IMG/VR virus record: IMGVR_UViG_3300009709_000002
Span: 96,001 to 160,000 of that record
Source: a virus
Taxonomy: Duplodnaviria > Heunggongvirae > Uroviricota > Caudoviricetes
Length of the DNA stretch: 64,000 nucleotides
Reading direction: 5' to 3' (one strand)
The translations under genes were made by a program, and so were the position numbers. The notes under the pieces are model-generated. The model saw only the letters and a list, made by a program, of their open reading frames with translations, was not told the DNA's origin and searched no databases. Positions 56,153-64,000 of the stretch are shown here, one piece after another. Numbering within the stretch: position 1 is the stretch's first letter; every line of letters starts with the position of its first letter.

Positions 56153-58543
56153 TTATATTTTGCAGGCGCCACCAGCGCAACCATCTTCGCCGTCGTCTTC
56201 GTCTGCCATTAGTGCTTCTTCAGCTTCCTCACCATGAGTTGGCTGCTTTTCATCTTCGGTGTTATCTTTCTCACCCTTCGTATTTACATAATAGCGAGTC
56301 TTAACTCCCAATTTTGCGCATAAGAAGGTGTGATTCAGCAGCACTTCCAACGGAATCTTGCGGTCTAGCTCAGGAACATCGCTGCGGTAATGATCTGGGT
56401 TGTACGAGAAGTTTGCAGAGATCGACTGGCAGGTGAACTTCTGGAAAACGGCGACGTTCTTGATGTAACCATCATAGTCCTTCGCGGTCATGTTCCAGAG
56501 GTAGTCATACTTGTTCTTCAGCTTGATAGCGTCCGGCGCAACCTGAACCATCGTCACCTTCTTGTTACCCTTGCGAGTTACAAGCTGACGTAGCGGTTCA
56601 ATACCGTTCGTGGCATTCGAAACAACCGACGAACTTTCCGACGGCATCAGAGCCATCAAGGTTGAGTTGTAGACGCCATATTGACGAACTTCACCGCGAA
56701 TCCATTCCCAATCACACTCATAACCTTGCTTGGTGACCGAGTCAACTCCCTTGCAATATGAATCGATAAGCAGCCCACCGTTTGCGTAGATCGTGTCTTC
56801 CAGACCAGAAATTGCACCACGTTCTTTCGCCAGCTCAACAGAAGCCTTCAAGGCGTAGAAGTGCATTTGTTCGGCCAGACGGTGAGTCATGTCGAACGTT
56901 TCTTGCTGGTTGTACTTCAAACCGTTCTTCGCGATCAGGTATGCATAGTTGATCACGCCGATACCGAGAGGACGATACTTCATAGTGGCAGTCTTGGCTT
57001 GCGGAACCATATAGTCTTGGTAGTCCAAGATTTCATTCAGCAAGTTGACCAGAATCCACATGCGACGTTCCATGTCTTTGTGGTCATCCAGGTTCACGTT
57101 ACCAACGTTGATTGCAGCGAGCGTGCAAAGCTGGACGAGACCTTCAAACTTCACGGTGCCAGTACCATCACCGTTGTCGGTCATCACGTTGCGAACTGGC
57201 TCTGTCGGCAAGCAGATTTCAACGCAAAGGTTCGACATCGTCACCGGCTTCAGGAACGGTGAGTGCGTGTTGACGTGATCAGCGTTAAAACCGTAGATGC
57301 GGCCAGTTTCTTGTGACTGCTTCAAGAATGAATTCAACACATCACGAGCATTGACCTGCACTCGGAACTTCAGCGATTCATCTTTCTCATACTTTTCATA
57401 GAGCGCTTCGAACTTTGAACGATCACGACCAAAGTAAGCTTCATAGAGATCAGGTACTTCTGCAGGCGAGAACAGAGTCATCATCTCTTTGTTACGAGCC
57501 TTACGAAGCAAGAATGAATCCCACTGCGCCGCGTAATCCAGACGACGAACCGTCTTTTCATGCGTCTTGCGGTTGTCCTTCAGCGTCATGATTTCTTCAA
57601 TTTCCGCGTGCCAAACCGGAGCATAAAGAGTGACCGACGCGTCACGAATACCACCTTGCGAACGAGATTTCACCGTGCTTTCAAACTGACGATAGAACGG
57701 AGTCACACCAGTGTGAACGATCTCACCCTTACCAACCTTCGAGCCAAGCGGGCGAATCTTACCACCGTTGATGCCAAGACCTGCACGCTTCGCAGCATAC
57801 TTACCCATCACCTTCGAAGCATCGTCGATCGAATCAAGATCATCACCAACGTCAATGAGAACACATGATGAGAACTGTTTGATTGAAGTACGAAGACCAG
57901 CCAGGATCGGTGTTGGAAGCGAGATCTTGAACGATGACAGCATGTCATACGTTTCACGAATCAACTGCAGACGTTGTTTCTTTGGACGATTGCGGAAAGC
58001 TACCACCGGGATCAGCATGAACATGATCTGTGGAGTTTCAAAGTACGTCTTTGTCGAACGGTCTTGCACCAAGTACTTGTCGCGAATCTGCTTAACAGCT
58101 GCGCCAGACAAAGTGAAGTCGCGATCATGCTTGATGAAAGCGCCAAGCTTCAGCCATTCGTCATCAGAGTACCACTCAAGCAGCTTAGCGTCATAGACAC
58201 CACGCTCAACGTTGTTCTTTACTACCTCGATCAGACGTGCAGGCTCGAACGTACCAAAAACGCGCTTGCGAAGATCTGTAATTAGCAGCTTCGCGAGAAC
58301 TTTTGAGTAGTTTGGATTGTGTTCTGAGATAAGATCTTCGGCCGAGGATGCCGTCATGTCTTCTAGCGTTTGCGTAGGAATTCCATCAAACACTTGCGGA
58401 TCAGTCTTCATAGCAATGTCGCTAACCGACACTCCGATGATACCTTCGCAAGCATTTTGAAGTGATGCGTGAATCTTCTCTACGTCATACTCTTCGAGAG
58501 TACCATTACGCTTAGTGACTCTCTTTACTTCTTTGATGCTCAT
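56153..58543 (-). CDS. nrdA: ribonucleotide reductase class Ia alpha subunit with ATP cone
   Basis: VTKRNG, ETPQ, PTP, QFSSC, SQGGIR, SNLCVEI, MPSESSS, C-terminal C..GAC. Confidence 0.97.
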   Translation of the reverse strand: MSIKEVKRVTKRNGTLEEYDVEKIHASLQNACEGIIGVSVSDIAMKTDPQVFDGIPTQTLEDMTASSAEDLISEHNPNYSKVLAKLLITDLRKRVFGTFEPARLIEVVKNNVERGVYDAKLLEWYSDDEWLKLGAFIKHDRDFTLSGAAVKQIRDKYLVQDRSTKTYFETPQIMFMLIPVVAFRNRPKKQRLQLIRETYDMLSSFKISLPTPILAGLRTSIKQFSSCVLIDVGDDLDSIDDASKVMGKYAAKRAGLGINGGKIRPLGSKVGKGEIVHTGVTPFYRQFESTVKSRSQGGIRDASVTLYAPVWHAEIEEIMTLKDNRKTHEKTVRRLDYAAQWDSFLLRKARNKEMMTLFSPAEVPDLYEAYFGRDRSKFEALYEKYEKDESLKFRVQVNARDVLNSFLKQSQETGRIYGFNADHVNTHSPFLKPVTMSNLCVEICLPTEPVRNVMTDNGDGTGTVKFEGLVQLCTLAAINVGNVNLDDHKDMERRMWILVNLLNEILDYQDYMVPQAKTATMKYRPLGIGVINYAYLIAKNGLKYNQQETFDMTHRLAEQMHFYALKASVELAKERGAISGLEDTIYANGGLLIDSYCKGVDSVTKQGYECDWEWIRGEVRQYGVYNSTLMALMPSESSSVVSNATNGIEPLRQLVTRKGNKKVTMVQVAPDAIKLKNKYDYLWNMTAKDYDGYIKNVAVFQKFTCQSISANFSYNPDHYRSDVPELDRKIPLEVLLNHTFLCAKLGVKTRYYVNTKGEKDNTEDEKQPTHGEEAEEALMADEDDGEDGCAGGACKI

Positions 58544-58580
58544 TTATATTTTTCTCTCATTGACTATGTGTGCGGAAGTT

Positions 58581-58619
58581 GAAAATGAAAGCCGCTCACT
58601 ATTATAGCTGAGCGGCTTT
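58581..58619 (-). terminator. terminator ~40 nt upstream of nrdA
   Basis: AAAGCCGCTCA...TGAGCGGCTTT + CATTTT. Confidence 0.7.
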
Positions 58620-58806
58620 GATTGATTTTTGTGAGCTTAAAGCTCTGGAAAATGCAAAGTCACCTGAAGATACTTACTTGACTTGTTACTGCTTTGCGAG
58701 CTCATCTTACGATGGTGCGTATACAGTGTGTAATTGGATTTTAATCCTCAGGTGACCATGTGTATATTTATTGAGCACTTCCAGCTAGGCCCAATTTGCT
58801 ACACTT

Positions 58807-60024
58807 TTAGAAGTTGAAAAGCTTCGACTCCTTGCTGTCGGTGCGTTCCTTGATATTGCTTTGCATCAGGAATTTTGCATCTGTGATGGTGCGCTCACCG
58901 TTCAGGTAGCCCATGACTTCACGAACCATGTCACCGCCTGTGCAAACCGGGACGTTCTGGCACACGTGGTTCAAGCTTTGCGTAACTAGTTCGAAATCAT
59001 GCGGCAGAGCCATCAGGTGCATACACTCACGTGGAGTCAGGATGCGATTATCACGAGGATGAATAGAATCCAACTTACGTCCAATCATCGCTGAGAAATC
59101 ACCATCAGGACGATAAAGTGACATGCTACCGTCCCAGATACCGCCGCCAGTCTCAATTTTTGCCTTGATGCGATCAATTTCACGAATCTGACGATCCATG
59201 CCCTGAGTCACGAAATAGGCACGAGCTTCATTCCACTGGTCTGTTACGAACATGTAACGAATGAGCGTCATAGTGTGCAGGCCACGTTCATACAGCACTT
59301 GGCGCATGTGAGCCAGACCTTCACCCTTAAACTTGTGTTGCAGGAATTGCATGTACGGGTTGTCGTACAGAGTTTCCTTCGCAAGCTTCAAGTCTGCGTC
59401 AGTGTGGCCAGTTACGCCGTGTGGAATTTCATCCAGATATTCGATCAGCGTCTTGCGAGGGCGCTTGTAATAGTGCATTTCTGGAGCAGCGGAATCGCGC
59501 CAGAAGAAGTAGAAAGTACGCTTACGATTTTGTGGAATGCCGTGGTAAATCGAGTCGGTGTGATAAAGCGACAGCGAGTAGCCGTTTCGATCAGCGACAT
59601 CCTGGAAGAATTCTTTGATCTCTTGTCCACGGTTTGTGTACAGCGTTGGTGCATTTTCTCCCCAGAAAACCTTTGGCTTGAGCGTGCCTAGAACATACTC
59701 GGCTGATTTTAGCATCCACTGATTTTGTGTAGCACGCTGTTCGGCGCTACCGGTGGAGAGCATAGACAGACCAGCGCAAGGACAGACAGCCGAGATGAAA
59801 TCCATGTCTTTGTACTTGGCTTCATCATAACCTTGTTCGGCATGATCAGCATCGATCTGGAAGTAGGGGGTGTTTGGAAAGCGGTGAGTTACGTTCTTCT
59901 CATTTTCCGCAAATGGAGTGTACGTGAAGAGTGCTTCTGGAGGAACACCAGTTACTTGGTGGCCAGCTTCAGTCAAACCACCAATAAGAGGGACAATTGT
60001 GCCCCAGCGAAGATTCTTTGTCAT
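58807..60024 (-). CDS. DNA cytosine-5 methyltransferase-like protein
   Basis: CPCAGLS (motif IV), GENAP (VI), PQNRKR (VIII), R.LTPRE (IX); atypical motif I. Confidence 0.8.
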   Translation of the reverse strand: MTKNLRWGTIVPLIGGLTEAGHQVTGVPPEALFTYTPFAENEKNVTHRFPNTPYFQIDADHAEQGYDEAKYKDMDFISAVCPCAGLSMLSTGSAEQRATQNQWMLKSAEYVLGTLKPKVFWGENAPTLYTNRGQEIKEFFQDVADRNGYSLSLYHTDSIYHGIPQNRKRTFYFFWRDSAAPEMHYYKRPRKTLIEYLDEIPHGVTGHTDADLKLAKETLYDNPYMQFLQHKFKGEGLAHMRQVLYERGLHTMTLIRYMFVTDQWNEARAYFVTQGMDRQIREIDRIKAKIETGGGIWDGSMSLYRPDGDFSAMIGRKLDSIHPRDNRILTPRECMHLMALPHDFELVTQSLNHVCQNVPVCTGGDMVREVMGYLNGERTITDAKFLMQSNIKERTDSKESKLFNF

Positions 60025-60047
60025 ATGCGTATAGTCTAGAAAGTAAT

Positions 60048-60077
60048 AAAGCCTAGGATGAAATATCCTAGGCTTTT
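60048..60077. terminator. terminator hairpin
   Basis: AAAGCCTAGGAT-GAAAT-ATCCTAGGCTTT. Confidence 0.7.
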
Positions 60078-60135
60078 AAGCGACAGATAATTCCGTTGAG
60101 GATATTTATCTGTCTTCTAGACTAACGCGCTGGTG

Positions 60136-60375
60136 TCAGTCGAAGCGTTGCCGCAACCAGGCTCTGAGTTCGTCTTCATTCGAGACGTCGACGAACGGAC
60201 GATCATTGCGGTGGCGAACTCGGCATTCCCAATCGCTAGAACCGTCTGAGTAATTCGTGTCGATCATGCTGCACGTTTCATCGAGAAGATGCACAGTGTA
60301 GTCAGGGTTGTTGCCATCCTTGTGCCACTTGATACCTTCTTCATCCAACACACGAGTAACGTCATCGATCTTCAT
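60136..60375 (-). CDS. hypothetical protein
   Basis: 79 aa, GAGG RBS. Confidence 0.7.
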   Translation of the reverse strand: MKIDDVTRVLDEEGIKWHKDGNNPDYTVHLLDETCSMIDTNYSDGSSDWECRVRHRNDRPFVDVSNEDELRAWLRQRFD

Positions 60376-60392
60376 GATTACCTCTCCTATCG

Positions 60393-60659
60393 TTAGATGG
60401 TCAGCGTCTTGATGGCTTCATAGAAACCACCGTCAAATTTGTCTTGGTCGAAGCCGGCGTTGACGAAAGCATTAACCAGCTTCGTGAATTCTTTCTTGTT
60501 GACGTTGGTGCTGCTCAGCTGCATGTACACGAAAGCTCGTGTGCTATGAGCACGAAACTGAACGCTTTTCGTCCCATCTTCGGAGGTGTACGTGTAAGCT
60601 TCCTCTTGACGGCCTTCACCAGGAACGTTGGTGCGATCGACGAGGTTGAACTTAATCAT
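60393..60659 (-). CDS. hypothetical early protein
   Basis: 88 aa, promoter TTTACT-N17-TATAAT at 60690-60718. Confidence 0.7.
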   Translation of the reverse strand: MIKFNLVDRTNVPGEGRQEEAYTYTSEDGTKSVQFRAHSTRAFVYMQLSSTNVNKKEFTKLVNAFVNAGFDQDKFDGGFYEAIKTLTI

Positions 60660-60729
60660 GTTGTTTCTCGGTTGGTTGACGTTAGAGTTATTATATCCTC
60701 AACCGATGAACAAGTAAACCCTTTTGTGC

Positions 60730-61116
60730 TCAGACGTCGGTGTGACGTTGATTTTCTTTGTTCGTCAGATCGTGAACGAGCATGATAACGTTGACTTCAG
60801 GATGCTCAGCCTTGATGATCTTTGCCTGAACCTCGTCATCCTCGAAGTGGCAAGCGATCTGATAGCCATAGCTCTTCAACTTCTGAATCTGAGCTGCTTT
60901 ATGGAAACCAGACGATTCACGGGTCTTAGCTTCGTACGGCAGCGGATTGAAGTGAACCAGGTTGTGGATGCCGCGTTTCTGTAGCATCTTGATCGTCTCA
61001 TCCGTTTCTTCGAATGAGCGGCCGGTGATGATGTGATCTGCTGGGCCTGGATGGACGCCACCGAACTCTTTGCCGATGTAGATGACGCCGTCGATGTCAA
61101 ATGTGTTGATTTTCAT
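60730..61116 (-). CDS. minimal HAD phosphatase
   Basis: FDIDG, ITGR, K, FEDD. Confidence 0.8.
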   Translation of the reverse strand: MKINTFDIDGVIYIGKEFGGVHPGPADHIITGRSFEETDETIKMLQKRGIHNLVHFNPLPYEAKTRESSGFHKAAQIQKLKSYGYQIACHFEDDEVQAKIIKAEHPEVNVIMLVHDLTNKENQRHTDV

Positions 61117-62408
61117 TAGAAGCTCAGTAAACTATTGATTGAAACTTTTTCAACTTCAGCATAGCGTTCCATCGTGTCCCAAAGCGTCTTGTTGAGCTCT
61201 GAGATGCGAACAGAGCGTGCATGACGAGTCATGACTTCTCGTTGAATCTTCCCTCGTTCTTCGAGATCATTGAGACGAGGATCAGCAACGGCCGCAGTGA
61301 GCGCATCGCCAAATTCTTGCTTACGAGACAGAAGTACAGGAATGAAGTAGTCTTTGCCTAGAGTATCAAAGCAGGCATGATGAACAGTCCCGTCACGAAG
61401 CGTCTTACAGAAGACGAGAGACGGTACACCGTAAGTTCCTGCCTCGAGAGGTGCTACTGGCGACGACTCCACGGGGCACGTAACAAATAGCCCGCGCGCT
61501 TTCGAAAGGTCTTGAAGAAGCTCTTTACGAGGGGAATTACAGCAAAAATTAACAAGGCCAGGATGACGATTATCCAGGGTATCTCGGTGCGGTTTGATTT
61601 GCTCATTGTAGTACTCGTAGTCTTCGAGATTGCCGCCGAAAGCAATATAGACCTTAACCTTCGGAGGATTGGCCATGAAAGTCATCCCTTCGAGTAGCTT
61701 TCCGATGTTTTTGTCCTTCTCAGGACGCCCAATGACCATGAAATAGTCATCAGGAGCTTCAGCTTTTGGTGCAAGCGAGTTGATCGCCGTAGAATAGCAG
61801 ACCTTGTCAAAGATGCGATCGATCTCTTCATCTGACTTGATGAAGGCAAAGTGCTCACTGCCAGACTGATAGCGGCGGTGAATCAGCTTCCGCCACATGT
61901 CTCGTTGATGTTTTGAAACGCAGACAAGCGTACTGCCGTTCAACGTCATGTCACGATAGCCTTGAAGCTTCGCGAACATGCTCATATCACCAGCAGTCTC
62001 TGGCGTATTGTGGATGACACAGAGAACTGGAATGGTCTTTGACAGCTCAGCGCAGAGCTTGACGTGTGAGCTCGAGAAGCTATGGTTGATGATAGCCTCA
62101 GGTTCGAGCTGCTTGATCGTAGCTCGAATTTCAGCGGTCTTCAGCTTATTGAGACGACCTTTTTCTTGCTTGGTCACCTCGCCAGCAACTTCATAGCTTT
62201 CTTCCGAACCAGCCGAGAGCTTCACGATCTTGATTTCTGGACGATCCGGAAACACCGCATCATCCGAGTCAGACGTCGTCAAGAACAGAACTTCATGACC
62301 AAGATCAGCAAGAAGCTCGGCATGGAGTCGCTCGACAGTTTGAATGCCGCCACCAAGCTTTCCAGCGATGTGGCGCTTTTCCATCTGACACAGAACCAAA
62401 ACTCTCAT
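61116..62408 (-). CDS. GT-B glycosyltransferase (family 4-like)
   Basis: GG..T, GH.V, VS, IGR...KN, ES....LEA...GVP. Confidence 0.8.
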   Translation of the reverse strand: MRVLVLCQMEKRHIAGKLGGGIQTVERLHAELLADLGHEVLFLTTSDSDDAVFPDRPEIKIVKLSAGSEESYEVAGEVTKQEKGRLNKLKTAEIRATIKQLEPEAIINHSFSSSHVKLCAELSKTIPVLCVIHNTPETAGDMSMFAKLQGYRDMTLNGSTLVCVSKHQRDMWRKLIHRRYQSGSEHFAFIKSDEEIDRIFDKVCYSTAINSLAPKAEAPDDYFMVIGRPEKDKNIGKLLEGMTFMANPPKVKVYIAFGGNLEDYEYYNEQIKPHRDTLDNRHPGLVNFCCNSPRKELLQDLSKARGLFVTCPVESSPVAPLEAGTYGVPSLVFCKTLRDGTVHHACFDTLGKDYFIPVLLSRKQEFGDALTAAVADPRLNDLEERGKIQREVMTRHARSVRISELNKTLWDTMERYAEVEKVSINSLLSF

Positions 62409-63455
62409 TTAGAACTCCAGTAGGCTGGCAGCTCGTTCGGAATCTGCCTTCTTCTTTTCGGCTTCGGCCGTCTTCTTCTTTTCCTTGTTCACCTCAAGCT
62501 TTCTCGCATTGATAAGCTCTGGCTTCTCCAAGAATCGTTGATAGACGCCAAACTGACAGCAAGTAATCTCACACCCGAACGATGTTAGGAAATCTACGTG
62601 CTGCGTAGGCTTCAAATTTTGCGAGAGTGCCTTACGATCGACATCCTCATGTTCGAATATTATATCTTGATTGTCGCGAATGTAAAGGAGTATTTGCTGG
62701 TCGGTGACTTTATCCTTCTTTTGATTCGGATAGAGCTTCTCGATGGTCTTGTGAGCACCAGGACCGGCAATCACAAAGTCCTCATTCTCATTCATCGAGA
62801 TATCATAGCATCGAGCCAGGTTGGAATTTGCGTGATAGCCGTAGTAGTTGCCGATGCCTCGGTAGCTCGTCAGCTTTTTGAATGCTTCTTCCATCGTCGG
62901 GCGACATGCATAGAAGTCGATGAGACCACCCTTCTTGAATGAGGCGATCCACTCGATCATGTTGGCCCAATCGGTGTTACCAACCGCTCCACCACAATAC
63001 TCACGAGCAGCAGTTTGTAGTGACGTGCGAAGCTCTGTCGTTCCCCACTGTTCTTTCTTCTCAGTGCGAGCTCGAAGCAGATTAGCCCGAATCCACTCTT
63101 GATAATCTTCATCTTCAGGCAAACGCTCAAAGTCAATGAGATTCTTCGTTGAGAATTCTGTCTCATTGATCGCGTTCAAGATAGCCTGAGCCGGCCCGTA
63201 GAACTTGACTGCAAAAGCGTTCAAGATCTTGTTGGTGAAGGATACTTCTTCATTGAAGATGTATTTCATCAACCAATCGACCTCACCGTGGCGAGTACGA
63301 TTAGGGTGCCAGTACATTACGTCAATTTGTAGTGCCGGGTGCGGCGGCACATACTCATCTTTTCTTCCTTCAGAGATCAACACTTCACGCTTGTTGATCT
63401 CCTTCAGGAAGTACTTCAGTTCTGCTAGAACCGTTTTGTCAAATTTGTCAATCAT
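62409..63455 (-). CDS. alpha-glutamyl/putrescinyl-thymine pyrophosphorylase-like (DNA base hypermodification) protein
   Basis: HhH-like L...RGIG.YYGY, GPGA, E..CC.F motifs. Confidence 0.6.
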   Translation of the reverse strand: MIDKFDKTVLAELKYFLKEINKREVLISEGRKDEYVPPHPALQIDVMYWHPNRTRHGEVDWLMKYIFNEEVSFTNKILNAFAVKFYGPAQAILNAINETEFSTKNLIDFERLPEDEDYQEWIRANLLRARTEKKEQWGTTELRTSLQTAAREYCGGAVGNTDWANMIEWIASFKKGGLIDFYACRPTMEEAFKKLTSYRGIGNYYGYHANSNLARCYDISMNENEDFVIAGPGAHKTIEKLYPNQKKDKVTDQQILLYIRDNQDIIFEHEDVDRKALSQNLKPTQHVDFLTSFGCEITCCQFGVYQRFLEKPELINARKLEVNKEKKKTAEAEKKKADSERAASLLEF

Positions 63456-64000
63456 CAGAAGAATCCAATTCGTTTGCTCTTAAATTCTCGATCAACGTGG
63501 TGCTCAGGCTCGAAGATTTCAGCGAGCGTATATTCCTCGCGAGGATGCAACGTATGCTTGATTCCTGCCTGATCGGCCAGGTTTTGCGCTTCCTCAGGAG
63601 TCAGCTTGCGGAAATCAAGTACATCATGGCAACGGCCTGGACGAATGAGTGCGTGATCGATGCTATCATATTTAGTGAGGTTAGCACTGAACACGATTTT
63701 CTTAGACGCAACTTTGATCAGACCATCAGAGATGTTCAGAATACGAGACATCAGCTTGTTGCCGTGATCTTCTCGGCTCGTGATCATCAGATCAGCGTCT
63801 TCGATGACGAGAAGATCTTGCTCATCATTCATCAAGAAGTTGATGAAGAAGTCATCCATCGCGAGAATTGCTTCATCAAACGTCAGAACAGCCGTGAGCT
63901 TATTGTTGTAGATCATGCTACGGGTGAATGAGGTCTTGCCAGTTCCAGGAGGCCCGAGCAGCAACAGAATGCTGGCGTCGCTTTCAAGGTAGCGCTTTTG
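63455..64000 (-). CDS. AAA ATPase (5' part outside window)
   Basis: GPPGTGKT, IEDAD, LN.SDG, D.AL.RPGR. Confidence 0.88.
   Translation of the reverse strand, partial: QKRYLESDASILLLLGPPGTGKTSFTRSMIYNNKLTAVLTFDEAILAMDDFFINFLMNDEQDLLVIEDADLMITSREDHGNKLMSRILNISDGLIKVASKKIVFSANLTKYDSIDHALIRPGRCHDVLDFRKLTPEEAQNLADQAGIKHTLHPREEYTLAEIFEPEHHVDREFKSKRIGFF

Noticed and set aside
54740-58543. Introns or inteins in nrdA/nrdB
   Set aside because: Both ORFs are continuous and of normal length; the 63-aa gene between them has no endonuclease motif.

Overview
This 64-kb window is from a large tailed (jumbo, T4-like superfamily) bacteriophage; nearly all genes are on the minus strand. Positions 1-5.9 kb hold an array of 12 tRNA genes (Leu with all six anticodons, Tyr x3, Ser x2, Ile2/CAT), a 139-nt tRNA-like RNA, small ORFs and a homing-type endonuclease. 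The rest encodes nucleotide metabolism (nrdA/nrdB, DHFR, dCMP deaminase, thioredoxin, a divergent PurA), replication and repair (ATP ligase, clamp loader, split DnaE-like pieces, DinG helicase, AlkB, DenV-like), RNA repair and ribosome rescue (RNA ligase, 2H phosphoesterase, Ro60/TROVE, SmpB), AAA/VWA systems, a bactofilin, an ACP fusion and a DNA-hypermodification cluster. Two promoter classes recur: early TTTAC(A/T)-N17-TAnAAT and late (C/T)ATAAATA. The main novel observation is at 5723-5890. A 31-codon leaderless leader peptide, missed by the ORF track, carries 15 consecutive Ile(AUA)/Ser/Leu/Tyr codons. It overlaps mutually exclusive antiterminator and terminator hairpins directly upstream of the Leu/Tyr/Ser/Ile2 tRNA array. 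This is the architecture of a ribosome-mediated attenuator that could sense depletion of those tRNAs and switch on phage replacements. All protein calls come from motif recognition by eye; no database searches were run.
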